DNA from: Patescibacteria group bacterium
GTDB taxonomy: Bacteria; Patescibacteriota; Microgenomatia; UBA12405
Length of the DNA: 64,000 bases
Assembly (NCBI GenBank): GCA_050943115.1
Contig: JBMNON010000003.1
Span: forward strand, 28,565-92,564
Direction: 5' to 3'
The translations under genes were made by a program, and so were the position numbers. A model generated the notes under the pieces. It saw only the letters and a program-made list of their open reading frames with translations. It did no database searches and was not told the origin of the DNA. Positions 9,770 to 19,498 of this stretch are shown here, piece by piece. How positions within the stretch are numbered: the first letter of the stretch is position 1; each line of letters begins with the position of its first letter.

Positions 9770-10278
9770 TTTTGCCGGGTAAGAAAGCTGAAAATGTGTT
9801 GACAAGCCTGTTTGACATCACCGTAGGTTTTCAGTTGGAAGGATGGAGATTCATCTTGGGAAATCCCCCGAACCATGTAACTTAAGTCTGGTAGTCTGCC
9901 CTCCCCTATCAAGCATAATACCGGAGTTTGGTTCAAGCCAAATTTCGGCTTATCCAAAGCCCTTTGAATCTCCATACCCACTCCGATACTGGGGGAATTA
10001 ACCAAGGCAACCAGGTGGGTGGCCTGATCAACCCAAAGAATGTCCTGGCGACGAACCGAAAACCAGGGTTGGCTACCAAGACGACCCAACGCAGTACGCC
10101 TAGTCCTAATTTCTTCCATTTCCTCGCGGCTGCGAGCTGCAACATGTTCGCTTAAAACATCAGCACCATTGTCCATCATATATCTTACTAATTTCCAGGG
10201 TAATTCCGAATCAGGTTCCGGAGAACCTTTGATAGAGCCGGAATAATAAATTTTAAATCCGCTAAAAATTTCCGACAT
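9766..10278 (-). CDS. 2'-deoxynucleoside 5'-phosphate N-hydrolase (DNPH1/Rcl-like), nucleoside 2-deoxyribosyltransferase superfamily
   Basis: KIYYSGSIKG...VLSEHVAA...VALVNSPSIGVGMEIQRALDKPKF...LCL closely follows the DNPH1/Rcl pattern (IYFCGSIRGG...TEHVA...PSLGVGYELGRA). Confidence 0.6.
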   Translation of the reverse strand: MSEIFSGFKIYYSGSIKGSPEPDSELPWKLVRYMMDNGADVLSEHVAARSREEMEEIRTRRTALGRLGSQPWFSVRRQDILWVDQATHLVALVNSPSIGVGMEIQRALDKPKFGLNQTPVLCLIGEGRLPDLSYMVRGISQDESPSFQLKTYGDVKQACQHIFSFLTRQN

Positions 10279-10314
10279 GATACTTATTCTAACACCGGGA
10301 AAAAATTATTTTAG

Positions 10315-10386
10315 TCCAGCGGGTAGGAGTCGAACCTACCTAAGACAGTTTTACAGACTGTTGCCTAACCGCTCGGCTACCGCTGG
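10315..10386 (-). tRNA. tRNA with anticodon GUA (Tyr), 72 nt, short variable loop
   Basis: Acceptor CCAGCGG/CCGCTGG, T-loop GGTTCGACTCC, anticodon stem ACAGT/ACTGT with loop CTGTAAA (anticodon GTA). Discriminator A. No long variable arm. Confidence 0.7.
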
Positions 10387-10445
10387 TGACAGAGAGAATT
10401 ATACCAAAATAGACAGAATCAAAAAAGAGTTATAATATAGGCCTA

Positions 10446-11180
10446 ATGGCAGTAGTAGAATTAGCAGGACGCCCTGTCATTCCGGTTGAACAAATAAGGG
10501 AAAGGGCACTTCTTTGCCCGGTAATTATTACGAGAAATAATCAATTACCTTTTGTCATGCAGGAATCGGAGCAGGTGGCTAACGGTGCTTTTAGCAGATG
10601 CTTTAAACATCAAGATGGGTGGGCGATAAAAATCCATGAGTACGCCGAAAATGGGATAAGTGAAATTGAGAGGGTGAAGGAAATACTTGGAATTGACAAG
10701 CAAGAATATGAACAACTAAGAAAAGGGCGACTGGGTGAGTATGCGACAGAAACTTCATTTATCATTGGAAGAGGTCCAGGTGGAAATGTAGCAGAAATTC
10801 AGGTCCAACCGTGGGTTGAAGGAAGAGTCCTGGGAGAAATGGATGTATCAGAGATATGGTCTAATAGGGCGATATTAACAGAAATAAGGGAGTTTGGTGT
10901 AAGCCTAATTTTGGACGGAACAAGGACTGGAAGGTTTACTGACTATATGGGGTTTAACGTCAGGAAGGATTGTGGTTTCACAACAAAGATTAGGGCAAGG
11001 TCACTACTAGCTTCCCGCAATCTAATTTGGGATGGGACAAGGTTACATCTAATTGATGTCACGAACCATACTTGGCAGAAAAGCAAAAGACTTAGCCAAA
11101 TTAAGCATAACCTGGCAATCATATTTTGTGTGACAAAAGATTTGATCAGAATTAATAGAAGATTAAAACAAATGGCTTAA
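10446..11180 (+). CDS. hypothetical protein
   Basis: 244-aa ORF between the tRNA and cdd. No confident motif; LHLIDVTNH could be a kinase-like catalytic loop, unverified. Confidence 0.4.
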   Translation: MAVVELAGRPVIPVEQIRERALLCPVIITRNNQLPFVMQESEQVANGAFSRCFKHQDGWAIKIHEYAENGISEIERVKEILGIDKQEYEQLRKGRLGEYATETSFIIGRGPGGNVAEIQVQPWVEGRVLGEMDVSEIWSNRAILTEIREFGVSLILDGTRTGRFTDYMGFNVRKDCGFTTKIRARSLLASRNLIWDGTRLHLIDVTNHTWQKSKRLSQIKHNLAIIFCVTKDLIRINRRLKQMA

Positions 11181-11663
11181 TTGTTTAAAGGCGACAATCG
11201 GTTATTATTAGATATGCAACAAATAAGATTTGATGACCTAGAAGAAAAGATAAGGGATGAAATTAAGACAGCTGAAGAATCGGCGGATTGGGCTTTCCCA
11301 AGAGGGCGAGATGTAAAGATCGGAGCGGTGCTGGTGGCTGAAAACGGTAAAAGGTATACCGGAGCAAATATCGCCAGGGAAAGGTTCAATAACAGTACGT
11401 GTGCCGAAAGAATGGCAGTGGACAAGGCTTTAAATGATGGGGTTGCGAAGATAGAAAGAATTGTGGTGATCGGGGTGAACGACAGTAAGCCCTTTGAAGA
11501 AGTAGTGGCGCCTTGCGGTGCCTGCAGACAGATAATCTTTGATGCTCTAAAAGAACTGAGGCAGGAAGACACCGAGCTAATTTTAGTTAACAGCAACAAG
11601 AGTAAAATTGTCAGGGCAAACTTAAGCGAGCTGCTGCCTTTTGCCTATGAAAGCTCCCGGTGA
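11181..11663 (+). CDS. cdd: cytidine deaminase (homotetrameric type)
   Basis: Zinc-binding CAERMAV...PCGACRQ motif pair of the CMP/dCMP deaminase family. About 150 aa. TTG at 11181 or ATG at 11213 (MQQIRFDD) as start. Confidence 0.8.
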   Translation: MFKGDNRLLLDMQQIRFDDLEEKIRDEIKTAEESADWAFPRGRDVKIGAVLVAENGKRYTGANIARERFNNSTCAERMAVDKALNDGVAKIERIVVIGVNDSKPFEEVVAPCGACRQIIFDALKELRQEDTELILVNSNKSKIVRANLSELLPFAYESSR

Positions 11664-11664
11664 C

Positions 11665-12438
11665 TTATTCGATACCCCAGAGAATTGACAGATTGGCTGA
11701 TATGTTGAGTTCTCCAGGAGATATTTGAGAACCACTACCGATTGATTCATCCAATGCTTTGAACTCGGCCACGTTGGTATAACGAGGCAAGGGTGCGATA
11801 TCATAGCTACTGTCAGAAATTGAAATGGGCTTAGTAAGTTTCACCTTGGATAATTTGGAAAGCTCCTCAGCTTTTTGCTTGGCTTTATTGAAGGCCAGCT
11901 CCCTAGCCTGAGAAAAAAGTTCGGTTTTATCTTCAATATCAAAACTAATACCGTTCATTTGGACATTATCGATGACAGAAATTTCATCAATAATTTTGGA
12001 GGCTTTTTCAGCTTTGGCATCAATTTTTTTAATTTTAATTTCCAGAGATTGAGATGCTCTTTGGCCAACGACCCTTCGGGCTGAACCGGAATAATCATAC
12101 TCAGTCCGGATACTAAGGTTGTCAGTGGTGATATCGGATTCGGGGATACCGTTATTCTTCAGTACAGTCATTACAGAAGCAATTTTTTCGTTGACTTTAG
12201 TCAAAGCCGCCTGGCTGGTGGGGGCTGTTTCCTGAAAACCAATATTAACCCGAACCATGTCAGGTTTGGCGGCTACCCGGCCATCGCCAGTAACTGAAAT
12301 GGTATTGGAAACCTTGCCATTGGATTCGACTCCGCCGGTGTTTTTGATATAAATACCGGTTTTGGATATCAGAAAGGCTGAAACAATTAGGGCTAAAGAA
12401 ACAATAATAAAGGGGGTAAGCGTATTTTTGTTTTCCAT
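11665..12438 (-). CDS. SIMPL-domain (DUF541, YggE-like) periplasmic protein
   Basis: N-terminal TM then ISVTGDGRVAAKPDMVRVNIGF..., the typical SIMPL signature. Confidence 0.65.
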   Translation of the reverse strand: MENKNTLTPFIIVSLALIVSAFLISKTGIYIKNTGGVESNGKVSNTISVTGDGRVAAKPDMVRVNIGFQETAPTSQAALTKVNEKIASVMTVLKNNGIPESDITTDNLSIRTEYDYSGSARRVVGQRASQSLEIKIKKIDAKAEKASKIIDEISVIDNVQMNGISFDIEDKTELFSQARELAFNKAKQKAEELSKLSKVKLTKPISISDSSYDIAPLPRYTNVAEFKALDESIGSGSQISPGELNISANLSILWGIE

Positions 12439-12474
12439 GAAACCAGTTTACTACTGATAAAATGAATAATAAAG

Positions 12475-13239
12475 ATGAGGATCGTTTCCTGGAACATAAA
12501 CGGAATAAGAGCAGCAGCCAAGAAAGGCTTGGGGAAGTTCATGAAACAGGACGGAGCGGATATTTTTTGTTTTCAAGAGGTCAAAGCCAAGGCCGAACAG
12601 GTACCAATGGGTTCAAATTTCCCAAGCGATTATTATAGTTATTGGAATCCCGCAGACAAACCGGGTTATTCCGGAGTAGCTACTTATAGCCGAATTGAAC
12701 CAAAAGTGATAATTAACGGAATGGACAGACAGGAGTTTGATAAAGAAGGCCGGGTGCTGGCGACAAAGTTTGCTGAGTTTACTTTACTTAATGTATATTT
12801 CCCAAACGGGAAAAGCGGCAGAGAGCGGCTTTTTTATAAAATGGACTTTTATGATTACTTCTTGAAATTCATAAATAAACTGAGAGATAGCGGGGAGAAA
12901 ATAGTATTCCTCGGTGATGTCAATACCGCTCACAGGGAAATTGATTTGGCAAGACCCAAGGAAAACGAAAATGTTTCCGGATTCCTCCCGGAAGAGAGAC
13001 GGTGGATTGACAAGGTGGTTGGTGAGGGATACGTAGATACCTTTAGGGAATTACACGGAGGCCAAGAGAAGTATACCTGGTGGAGTCAAAGGAGCAAAGC
13101 AAGGATAAGGAATGTAGGCTGGAGAATTGATTATGTCTTTGTGGATAAAAGCTTGATGCCGAAGGTAAAAGAGGCTTTTATCCTGGATGCGGTGGAGGGC
13201 TCGGACCATTGTCCCATAGGAATTGAAATTGAATTTTAG
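12475..13239 (+). CDS. xth: exodeoxyribonuclease III (AP endonuclease, Xth/APE1 family)
   Basis: MRIVSWNINGIRA...FCFQEVK...DHCPI(G)IE. Full EEP-fold motif set. Confidence 0.9.
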   Translation: MRIVSWNINGIRAAAKKGLGKFMKQDGADIFCFQEVKAKAEQVPMGSNFPSDYYSYWNPADKPGYSGVATYSRIEPKVIINGMDRQEFDKEGRVLATKFAEFTLLNVYFPNGKSGRERLFYKMDFYDYFLKFINKLRDSGEKIVFLGDVNTAHREIDLARPKENENVSGFLPEERRWIDKVVGEGYVDTFRELHGGQEKYTWWSQRSKARIRNVGWRIDYVFVDKSLMPKVKEAFILDAVEGSDHCPIGIEIEF

Positions 13240-13934
13240 GGTTTAAGGATAAAATTTTTTTTACCCTGGGAAGACAACCAACGATTGTTGGTTTTGTAAC
13301 TAGGGTCATACTCCCCTAACTTTTGGTAAAATTTTGGAGAATGGTTTTTTACTTCAAGATGAGTTAACTCATGAAGGAGAAGGTGGCGGAATTTATCAAG
13401 AGGAAAAAATATTACCTGCCAATTGAAATTCAAACTATTGTGAGAAGAACAAGAACCAAAACGAGTACGCTGATTCCTGACGGAGACGCGTTTATAATAA
13501 AAACCGTAATGAGAAGCAAGAAGTTGAAGATGATACCTTATTAAGGAAAGGGAAATTTTTCTAAATTCTTTTTCAAACAGAGTTTTCAAATGTAATTCAG
13601 AGAAGCGGGAGGAATACAAGTAAATTTTGTGTTCATTTCTATTTATTATTACTGACTCCTTGGTAGATTTTGTGATTATGAATTGATACTTATCACCAAG
13701 AATACTAAGACTTTTGAGAGACTTGAGTGAGGGATACTCAGTAATTTTTTGGGAATTTTTCAAGATCCAATTGGAATTTTGAGAAATAAAGCGGTTGAGA
13801 AAAAACTGAGGAGTCAGGTGAGGACAAGTAATTTCAAAACTTTGACGAGAGTTGAGTTTTAGACGGATTGAATTTATGGATTTTCGCTTGAGGGAATATT
13901 TAAAAGTCTTATCCCCTATTTGAACTGTGTTCAT
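13236..13934 (-). CDS. YgjP/DUF45-family zinc metallohydrolase (SprT/WLM-like)
   Basis: HLLLHELTHLEVKNHSPKF (HExxH + downstream H). About 230 aa. Confidence 0.6.
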   Translation of the reverse strand: MNTVQIGDKTFKYSLKRKSINSIRLKLNSRQSFEITCPHLTPQFFLNRFISQNSNWILKNSQKITEYPSLKSLKSLSILGDKYQFIITKSTKESVIINRNEHKIYLYSSRFSELHLKTLFEKEFRKISLSLIRYHLQLLASHYGFYYKRVSVRNQRTRFGSCSSHNSLNFNWQVIFFPLDKFRHLLLHELTHLEVKNHSPKFYQKLGEYDPSYKTNNRWLSSQGKKNFILKP

Positions 13935-13971
13935 TTTGATTATTTTAAAGCAAGTGGTTTACAATTATCTT

Positions 13972-14418
13972 ATGAAAATGGTGTATTTGGGTGCAGACCA
14001 TAGAGGTTTTAAGCTAAAGGAAATAATTAAAGATAAACTCAGAGAATGGGACTATGACGTAGTTGACTTGGGCAATAAAAGCTATGAAAAAGACGATGAT
14101 TATTCCGATTATTCCCTGGCTGTAGCCGAAAAAACCGCTTCGGGAAGGGAGACGGGAGTACTTGTTTGCGGATCGGGGGTTGGGGTGTGTATGGCGGCAA
14201 ACAAGGTTAAGGGGGTAAGAGCGGGAATGGGTTTAACTGAAAGGCAAGTGAGGGTTGCCCGAGAGGATGATGATATTAATGTTTTGTGCTTAAGTTCTGA
14301 TTTCGTGAACGAAGAAGAAAACTTGGAGATGGTAAAAGTGTTTTTGGAAACTCCCTTTTCTTCTGAAGAAAAGCATATCAGAAGAATTAATAAAATTAAG
14401 GAATATGAAAGCTCTTAG
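13972..14418 (+). CDS. rpiB: ribose-5-phosphate isomerase B (RpiB/LacA/LacB family)
   Basis: MKMVYLGADHRGF...GVLVCGSGVGVCMAANK...RVAREDDD. The ORF extends upstream to 13927, but the RpiB N-terminus begins at MKMVYLG. Confidence 0.8.
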   Translation: MKMVYLGADHRGFKLKEIIKDKLREWDYDVVDLGNKSYEKDDDYSDYSLAVAEKTASGRETGVLVCGSGVGVCMAANKVKGVRAGMGLTERQVRVAREDDDINVLCLSSDFVNEEENLEMVKVFLETPFSSEEKHIRRINKIKEYESS

Positions 14419-15424
14419 ATCGGTTGAAAATATCGGAAGCAATATGAATGTAGTCTTAAGGATTGATAGTGACTTGCCAATGAACGAGGGGGTAGTGCTA
14501 GATAATAGTAGAATAAAAAAGTCGCTTAATACAATAAAATTATTGTTAGGAAAAGAAAACAAATTAATTATATTGGGACATTTGGGAAGGCCTAAAGGAC
14601 GAGATAAGGAGTGTTCACTGAAACCGGTGTATTTGGAGTTAATGAGCCTGCTTGAACCCGACGGAGAGGACCTGGTAAAAAGCGTGTTCGTAGAAAAGAT
14701 AGACAAAAATCTGATTGATGAAAAACTGCAAAGCAACCAACTGGTGTTCGTGGAGAATGTCAGGTTTTGGGAAGAGGAAGAAAAGGGTGAATTTAAGTTT
14801 TTGGAACCGATTATTCAACTGGCACAGGCTTATGTTAATGACGCATTTGCAGTAGCTCACCGGAAAAACGCTTCAACAATGCTTTTCAAAAAAATAAAGG
14901 GATATTACGGTTTAAGTTTTGTGGAGGAAACAGAAAAAATATTGAGGGTAATACAAAACCCGGAAAGGCCATTGACAGTGGTTTTGGGAGGAGCAAAAAA
15001 AGATAAATTGGGTTATTTGCCAAATTTAGAGAAAATTGCAGACAATATTCTTGTCGGTGGTAAATTACCGGATTATATCAGCAAAGAATTTGAGAGCGAG
15101 AAGGTTGTGGTGGGAGAATTCGATGAGAGCGGGCTGGATATAAGCCAGTCAACAATTGATAGATTTAAAGAATATATTTATAGTTCTAAAACTATTATTT
15201 GGGCCGGTGCCATGGGTTTTTACGAGTCAGAAAATGAGAGGAGAGGCACAGAGGCGATAGCCAGAGCCATAGCCGAAAGCGGGGCTTACTCGATCGTGGC
15301 AGGAGGTGACACAACAGCATCCATTGCTAGTTTGGGGTTAAAAGAGAGGGTAAATTTTGTAGCCTCAGGCGGAGGTGTAATGCTGGAATTGCTTACAAAA
15401 GGCACTTTACCAACTTGGGAGTAA
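14405..15424 (+). CDS. pgk: phosphoglycerate kinase (short form)
   Basis: LRIDSDLP...DNSRI, ENVRFWEEEEKG (LENLRFHxEEE), C-terminal GGDTTASIASLGL...SGGGVMLELL. Confidence 0.8.
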   Translation: MKALRSVENIGSNMNVVLRIDSDLPMNEGVVLDNSRIKKSLNTIKLLLGKENKLIILGHLGRPKGRDKECSLKPVYLELMSLLEPDGEDLVKSVFVEKIDKNLIDEKLQSNQLVFVENVRFWEEEEKGEFKFLEPIIQLAQAYVNDAFAVAHRKNASTMLFKKIKGYYGLSFVEETEKILRVIQNPERPLTVVLGGAKKDKLGYLPNLEKIADNILVGGKLPDYISKEFESEKVVVGEFDESGLDISQSTIDRFKEYIYSSKTIIWAGAMGFYESENERRGTEAIARAIAESGAYSIVAGGDTTASIASLGLKERVNFVASGGGVMLELLTKGTLPTWE

Positions 15425-15449
15425 TGGATTATTAGTTTAATATGAAGTT

Positions 15450-16490
15450 ATGAGAAAAAATAAAAGAAAAACCAGAATCGCAATTAATGGGTTTGGGAGA
15501 ATAGGGACGGTGGCCTTGAGAGCTATATTGATGGAAAAGTATGATGTTGAAGTGGTAGCAATAAATACAACCGGAGCTTTTGGTATCGATGATATAGCTT
15601 TTCAATTCAAGTACGATTCTGTTTACGGAAGAATCCCCTATAAAGTCGAAGGAAAAGACCCGGAAAAAGGAGCCGAGATCGGAAGACTGACGGTGGGCAG
15701 TAACGAGATACCGGTATTGGGAGAAATGAACCCAGTAAAAATACCTTGGAAAAGATACGATGTGGACGTTGTACTGGAATGTACAGGGGCATTTACCGAC
15801 AAGAAAGCTGAAGCGCATTTAAAGGCCGGTGCCAAAAAGGTGGTAATTTCAGCACCACCCAAAGACGCTTCAATACCCATTTTTATTCTGGGAGTAAATG
15901 AAAAAGAATATAAAGGGGAAAAGTTAGTATCAAATGGTTCTTGCACCACTAATTGCGTTGCCGGAATTGTCAAGTTAATTGACGAGAAAATCGGTTTTCA
16001 AGAAGGAGTACTGACGACAATCCATGCATATACAAGCAACCAAAATATCGTAGATGGAATCAGCAAAGACCCAAGACGGGCTAGAGCTGCAGCCATTAAC
16101 ATTGTACCGACGTCAACGGGAGCAGCCGATTCGGTAGTGGCCGCCTACCCTGAGGCGAAAGGTAGGTTTTCGGGGACTGCCATAAGAGTACCGGTAGTAT
16201 GCGGATCGTATTCAGATCTGACTTTTAAGCTAGTCAGGAGAGTCAGCGTTGAAGAAATTAATACAATATTCGAAGAGGCTAGTGTGTCGACGGAAATGGT
16301 GGGAAAAATGAAAGTATCTTATGAACCTTTAGTATCCTCCGATATCATCGGCAACAACGCTTCCTGCATCATCGATACCCGAATGACAAAAGTGGTCTCC
16401 GATGACATGGTGTCAATAGGTGCGTGGTACGATAATGAATATGGCTACAGCTGCCGTTTAGTTGAAATGGCCTGCCACATAAGTAAATAA
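15450..16490 (+). CDS. gap: glyceraldehyde-3-phosphate dehydrogenase
   Basis: RIAINGFGRIGT, SNGSCTTNCVAGIV (catalytic Cys), TGAADSV... C-terminal WYDNEYGYS. Confidence 0.9.
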   Translation: MRKNKRKTRIAINGFGRIGTVALRAILMEKYDVEVVAINTTGAFGIDDIAFQFKYDSVYGRIPYKVEGKDPEKGAEIGRLTVGSNEIPVLGEMNPVKIPWKRYDVDVVLECTGAFTDKKAEAHLKAGAKKVVISAPPKDASIPIFILGVNEKEYKGEKLVSNGSCTTNCVAGIVKLIDEKIGFQEGVLTTIHAYTSNQNIVDGISKDPRRARAAAINIVPTSTGAADSVVAAYPEAKGRFSGTAIRVPVVCGSYSDLTFKLVRRVSVEEINTIFEEASVSTEMVGKMKVSYEPLVSSDIIGNNASCIIDTRMTKVVSDDMVSIGAWYDNEYGYSCRLVEMACHISK

Positions 16491-16491
16491 A

Positions 16492-17130
16492 ATGGAAATA
16501 ATTCCCACAATCCTTAATAAAGAATTCGAAGGAGCCGAAACAAAAATAAGTCTTATAGATGGTTTGAGTAAGTGGGTCCAAATTGATGTTGTGGACGGAT
16601 ATTTTACGCAGGGAAAAACCTTTGAGCTGGAGCTATTAAGCAAGTTACCGGAAGCCCAGCAATTGCTGTGGGATGTCCATTTGATGGTTAAAGAACCGGA
16701 AAAATGGATAGAAAAGTGTTTGTTTATTGGAGGAATAAGGGTAATCGGACAGGTAGAGTTAATGTCAAACAGAGAATCTTTTGTGAATAAAGTAAAAGAT
16801 GCAGGCATGGAGGCAGGAGTGGCCTTTGATGTTGAAACAGAAGTTGGAGATATTCCTAGTGAAACAGACGTGGTTCTTTTGATGGCCAGAAAAGCCGGAT
16901 TCGGAAATTTTGAAACCGACAGAAGAGTCTTTGAAAAAATAAAGAAGCTGCAGATAATCAGAGACGAAGGAAATTACAAATTCAAGATCGGTATTGATGG
17001 CGGTGTAGACCTCGGGAACATAAAATTTTTCAAGAAAACCAACGTAGACATAGTTTACATAGGAGGAGCTATTTTTAACGGGGATGTTGAAGAGAACTGG
17101 AATAAGTTACAATTAACAAATGATTTCTAA
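16492..17130 (+). CDS. rpe: ribulose-phosphate 3-epimerase
   Basis: IIPTIL...IDVVDGYF...DVHLMV...GIDGGV pattern of the RPE TIM barrel. Confidence 0.75.
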   Translation: MEIIPTILNKEFEGAETKISLIDGLSKWVQIDVVDGYFTQGKTFELELLSKLPEAQQLLWDVHLMVKEPEKWIEKCLFIGGIRVIGQVELMSNRESFVNKVKDAGMEAGVAFDVETEVGDIPSETDVVLLMARKAGFGNFETDRRVFEKIKKLQIIRDEGNYKFKIGIDGGVDLGNIKFFKKTNVDIVYIGGAIFNGDVEENWNKLQLTNDF

Positions 17131-17728
17131 AACAAATAAAGTTATTAAAAGGGTGGCTTTTTTCGGAGACGCAGCAGCCAAGGAAACGGACGAACACTAT
17201 ATGCTGGCATATGAAACAGCTAAGTTACTGGCAGAGCATAGGTATATAATTGTTAACGGCGGCGGACCGGGAGTAATGTTTGCATCTACTATGGGGGCAA
17301 AGAGCGTGGGGGGGGAAGTTGAGTTGGTAGTGCTGGATAAAAACGAGGAACCGGATAACTACGAAGGTCAGCACATGATTAATTTATCCTTGGCCGATAA
17401 GGTGATTAACACTGAAAATTACCAAAGAAGATTGGAGAAGCTGGTTGAGGTAGCAGATGCATTTATCATCTTTAAAGGAGGAACGGGTACTTTATCCGAA
17501 GTCGGTCTAACATGGGAAATGGCGAAGTTTGAGTACGGTAATCACGAACCGTTAGTATTTGTTGGTAGATGTTGGAATAATATTGTCAAGGGGATTATTA
17601 AGGATCTGGATTTGGAAGTAATCGAGCAAAGGGTGGTGGAAGTAGTGGAGGGGCCAAAAGATGTCCTGAAAGTATTAAAAAGGGTGGCCGCAAAAGTTAA
17701 GGCGACATCAGGCGGGGTTGAGAATTAG
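17120..17728 (+). CDS. LOG-family protein (TIGR00730, cytokinin riboside 5'-monophosphate phosphoribohydrolase-like)
   Basis: VAFFGD...IIVNGGGPGVM...FIIFKGGTGTLSEV (PGGxGTxxE motif). Confidence 0.75.
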   Translation: MISKTNKVIKRVAFFGDAAAKETDEHYMLAYETAKLLAEHRYIIVNGGGPGVMFASTMGAKSVGGEVELVVLDKNEEPDNYEGQHMINLSLADKVINTENYQRRLEKLVEVADAFIIFKGGTGTLSEVGLTWEMAKFEYGNHEPLVFVGRCWNNIVKGIIKDLDLEVIEQRVVEVVEGPKDVLKVLKRVAAKVKATSGGVEN

Positions 17729-18665
17729 CTACAATTTCAATAGGATAGAGCTCTTGGGCAAGCACTTTATCTTTTGTGAGGGTTAAGCGGGCTATTTGAG
17801 AGTGAGAGGTTTCATAGGACCAGCTTTGGTCAAAAATAAAGTTGCCAAAAGAGTAATATATTAGTTTGTCTTTATAAACTTCAGGCTCCTGCCAGACATG
17901 GGGGTGATGACCGTGAATAATGTCAACTCCGGCATCGATTAGTTCTTTGGCAAAGTTTTGACGCCAGGATTCAGGAGAGGGCAAATACTCATTACCCCAG
18001 TGAAGAGAGACGACCAGCCAATCTACCTGATTGTCGTAGAGCCTGGCTTTATCCAAGACCGTATTGCGATCATACTGAGGATAAGTAACAAAATCATAGC
18101 CTAAAAAACCAAAGGTGATGCCGTTTATGGTCCTGGTAATAAACTCGGTGTCAGGGGAATGAGAATAAACAAAGGGAATTTCATTTTGGTTTAGATAGTC
18201 TTTTGTCTGCCGAAGGCCATCGTTGCCATAGTTGAGAATGTGATTGTTGGACAAATTAAAATAAAATTTATTGGACTTAAGATGAGGTAAAAATCGGGTG
18301 TCGCCGCAAAAGGTAAAAGTGCCTGTGGGTCCATGTGGACAATCTTTGATAACGGGGCTTTCAAGATTGGCCAGGTTAAAGTCGTTTTGACTCAGCCAAG
18401 AGGTAGCTTCTTGGAAGCTCCAAGAGAAATCGTCCTTTTGACGTGCGGTTGAAGTGATATGGCGACCTAAGCCCAGATCACCAAGCAAACCAACAGTGAC
18501 GGTTGCGGGGGTAGGGGTAGGAGAAGGGGGGTTGGTGGGGCTTCGAGGATCTGAACTTAGAGGTGAATGGACCAAGGGCGGAGGTGTCAGAAAAGATAAA
18601 AGGATTACATAAACAACAGTAAGAAGAACAAGAATTGCAGTAACTTTTAAAAATATTTTCGACAT
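17697..18665 (-). CDS. CapA/PgsA-family metallophosphoesterase (poly-gamma-glutamate synthesis-like), secreted
   Basis: N-terminal TM, Pro-rich linker (PTNPPSPTPTPATV). VVSLHWGNEY...IIHGHHPHVWQ...YSFGNFIFDQ. Confidence 0.7.
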   Translation of the reverse strand: MSKIFLKVTAILVLLTVVYVILLSFLTPPPLVHSPLSSDPRSPTNPPSPTPTPATVTVGLLGDLGLGRHITSTARQKDDFSWSFQEATSWLSQNDFNLANLESPVIKDCPHGPTGTFTFCGDTRFLPHLKSNKFYFNLSNNHILNYGNDGLRQTKDYLNQNEIPFVYSHSPDTEFITRTINGITFGFLGYDFVTYPQYDRNTVLDKARLYDNQVDWLVVSLHWGNEYLPSPESWRQNFAKELIDAGVDIIHGHHPHVWQEPEVYKDKLIYYSFGNFIFDQSWSYETSHSQIARLTLTKDKVLAQELYPIEIVANSQPRLMSP

Positions 18666-18694
18666 AAGGTATTACTTTATTATAAAATAGGAAC

Positions 18695-19498
18695 ATGCTA
18701 AAAAGGATGGGATTAATTGTTGCAGCAGCCCTGGTATTGGGAGGATGCAGTCTTATCCCCCAAAAATCCGGTGTGGAAATCATGAGTTACCCAGTGGCAA
18801 AAGTATATTTAGACGGCAAGGAAGCAGGAATGACTCCCTACAAAAATTCATCTTTATTGCCGGGAAGTACAGAGGTAAGATTGTTGTCACAGGATGGAGA
18901 ATGGACTAGAATACTAGATTTAAAGAACAATGTGAATACGGTGGTAGACTGGGAGCTGAGCAAGAATGATAAGCTGGAAGGTGGCTATGTGTTGTTTTTA
19001 GAAAAAACCGGAGATAGCAATAAGGCCGGCCTTTTAGTAAACGCCTTGCCAAATAAATGCGCTGTGGCCATTGACGGAGAGATTAAGGGCTACTCCCCTA
19101 TTCGGATTGAGGATATAAATGAAGGGGACAGGCAGGTAACAATTTCTTACCCAGGATATAAGAGCGTAAATGTTTTTGTAAAGGCGATCAGGGGATATCA
19201 GCTGGTAATTGATAGCAAGTTAGCCATGGAGGAGGTGTCAATTACAGAAACACCAGATGTAAAAGAAGAAATTGTCGATACATTACAAACAGGCAAAAAG
19301 GTGGTGATTAAAGAAACCGGAACAGGGTGGTTGAGGGTGAGAGACGGGGCTTCTAATGAAGCTACCGAGATAGGCAGAGTGAGTCCCGGTGAAAGCTTTA
19401 ACTTACTTGAAGAAACCGAAGAGTGGTACAAGATTGAACTTGGCGATAGTGATGAAGGCTGGATATCGGCTAAGTACGCCGAGATATCTGAAGAATAG
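18695..19498 (+). CDS. lipoprotein with PEGA-like and bacterial SH3 domains
   Basis: Lipobox LVLGG|C. Two PEGA-like repeats (YLDGKEAGMTPY; IDGEIKGYSPIRI). C-terminal SH3b-like GWLRVRDGAS...GWISAKY. Confidence 0.55.
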   Translation: MLKRMGLIVAAALVLGGCSLIPQKSGVEIMSYPVAKVYLDGKEAGMTPYKNSSLLPGSTEVRLLSQDGEWTRILDLKNNVNTVVDWELSKNDKLEGGYVLFLEKTGDSNKAGLLVNALPNKCAVAIDGEIKGYSPIRIEDINEGDRQVTISYPGYKSVNVFVKAIRGYQLVIDSKLAMEEVSITETPDVKEEIVDTLQTGKKVVIKETGTGWLRVRDGASNEATEIGRVSPGESFNLLEETEEWYKIELGDSDEGWISAKYAEISEE

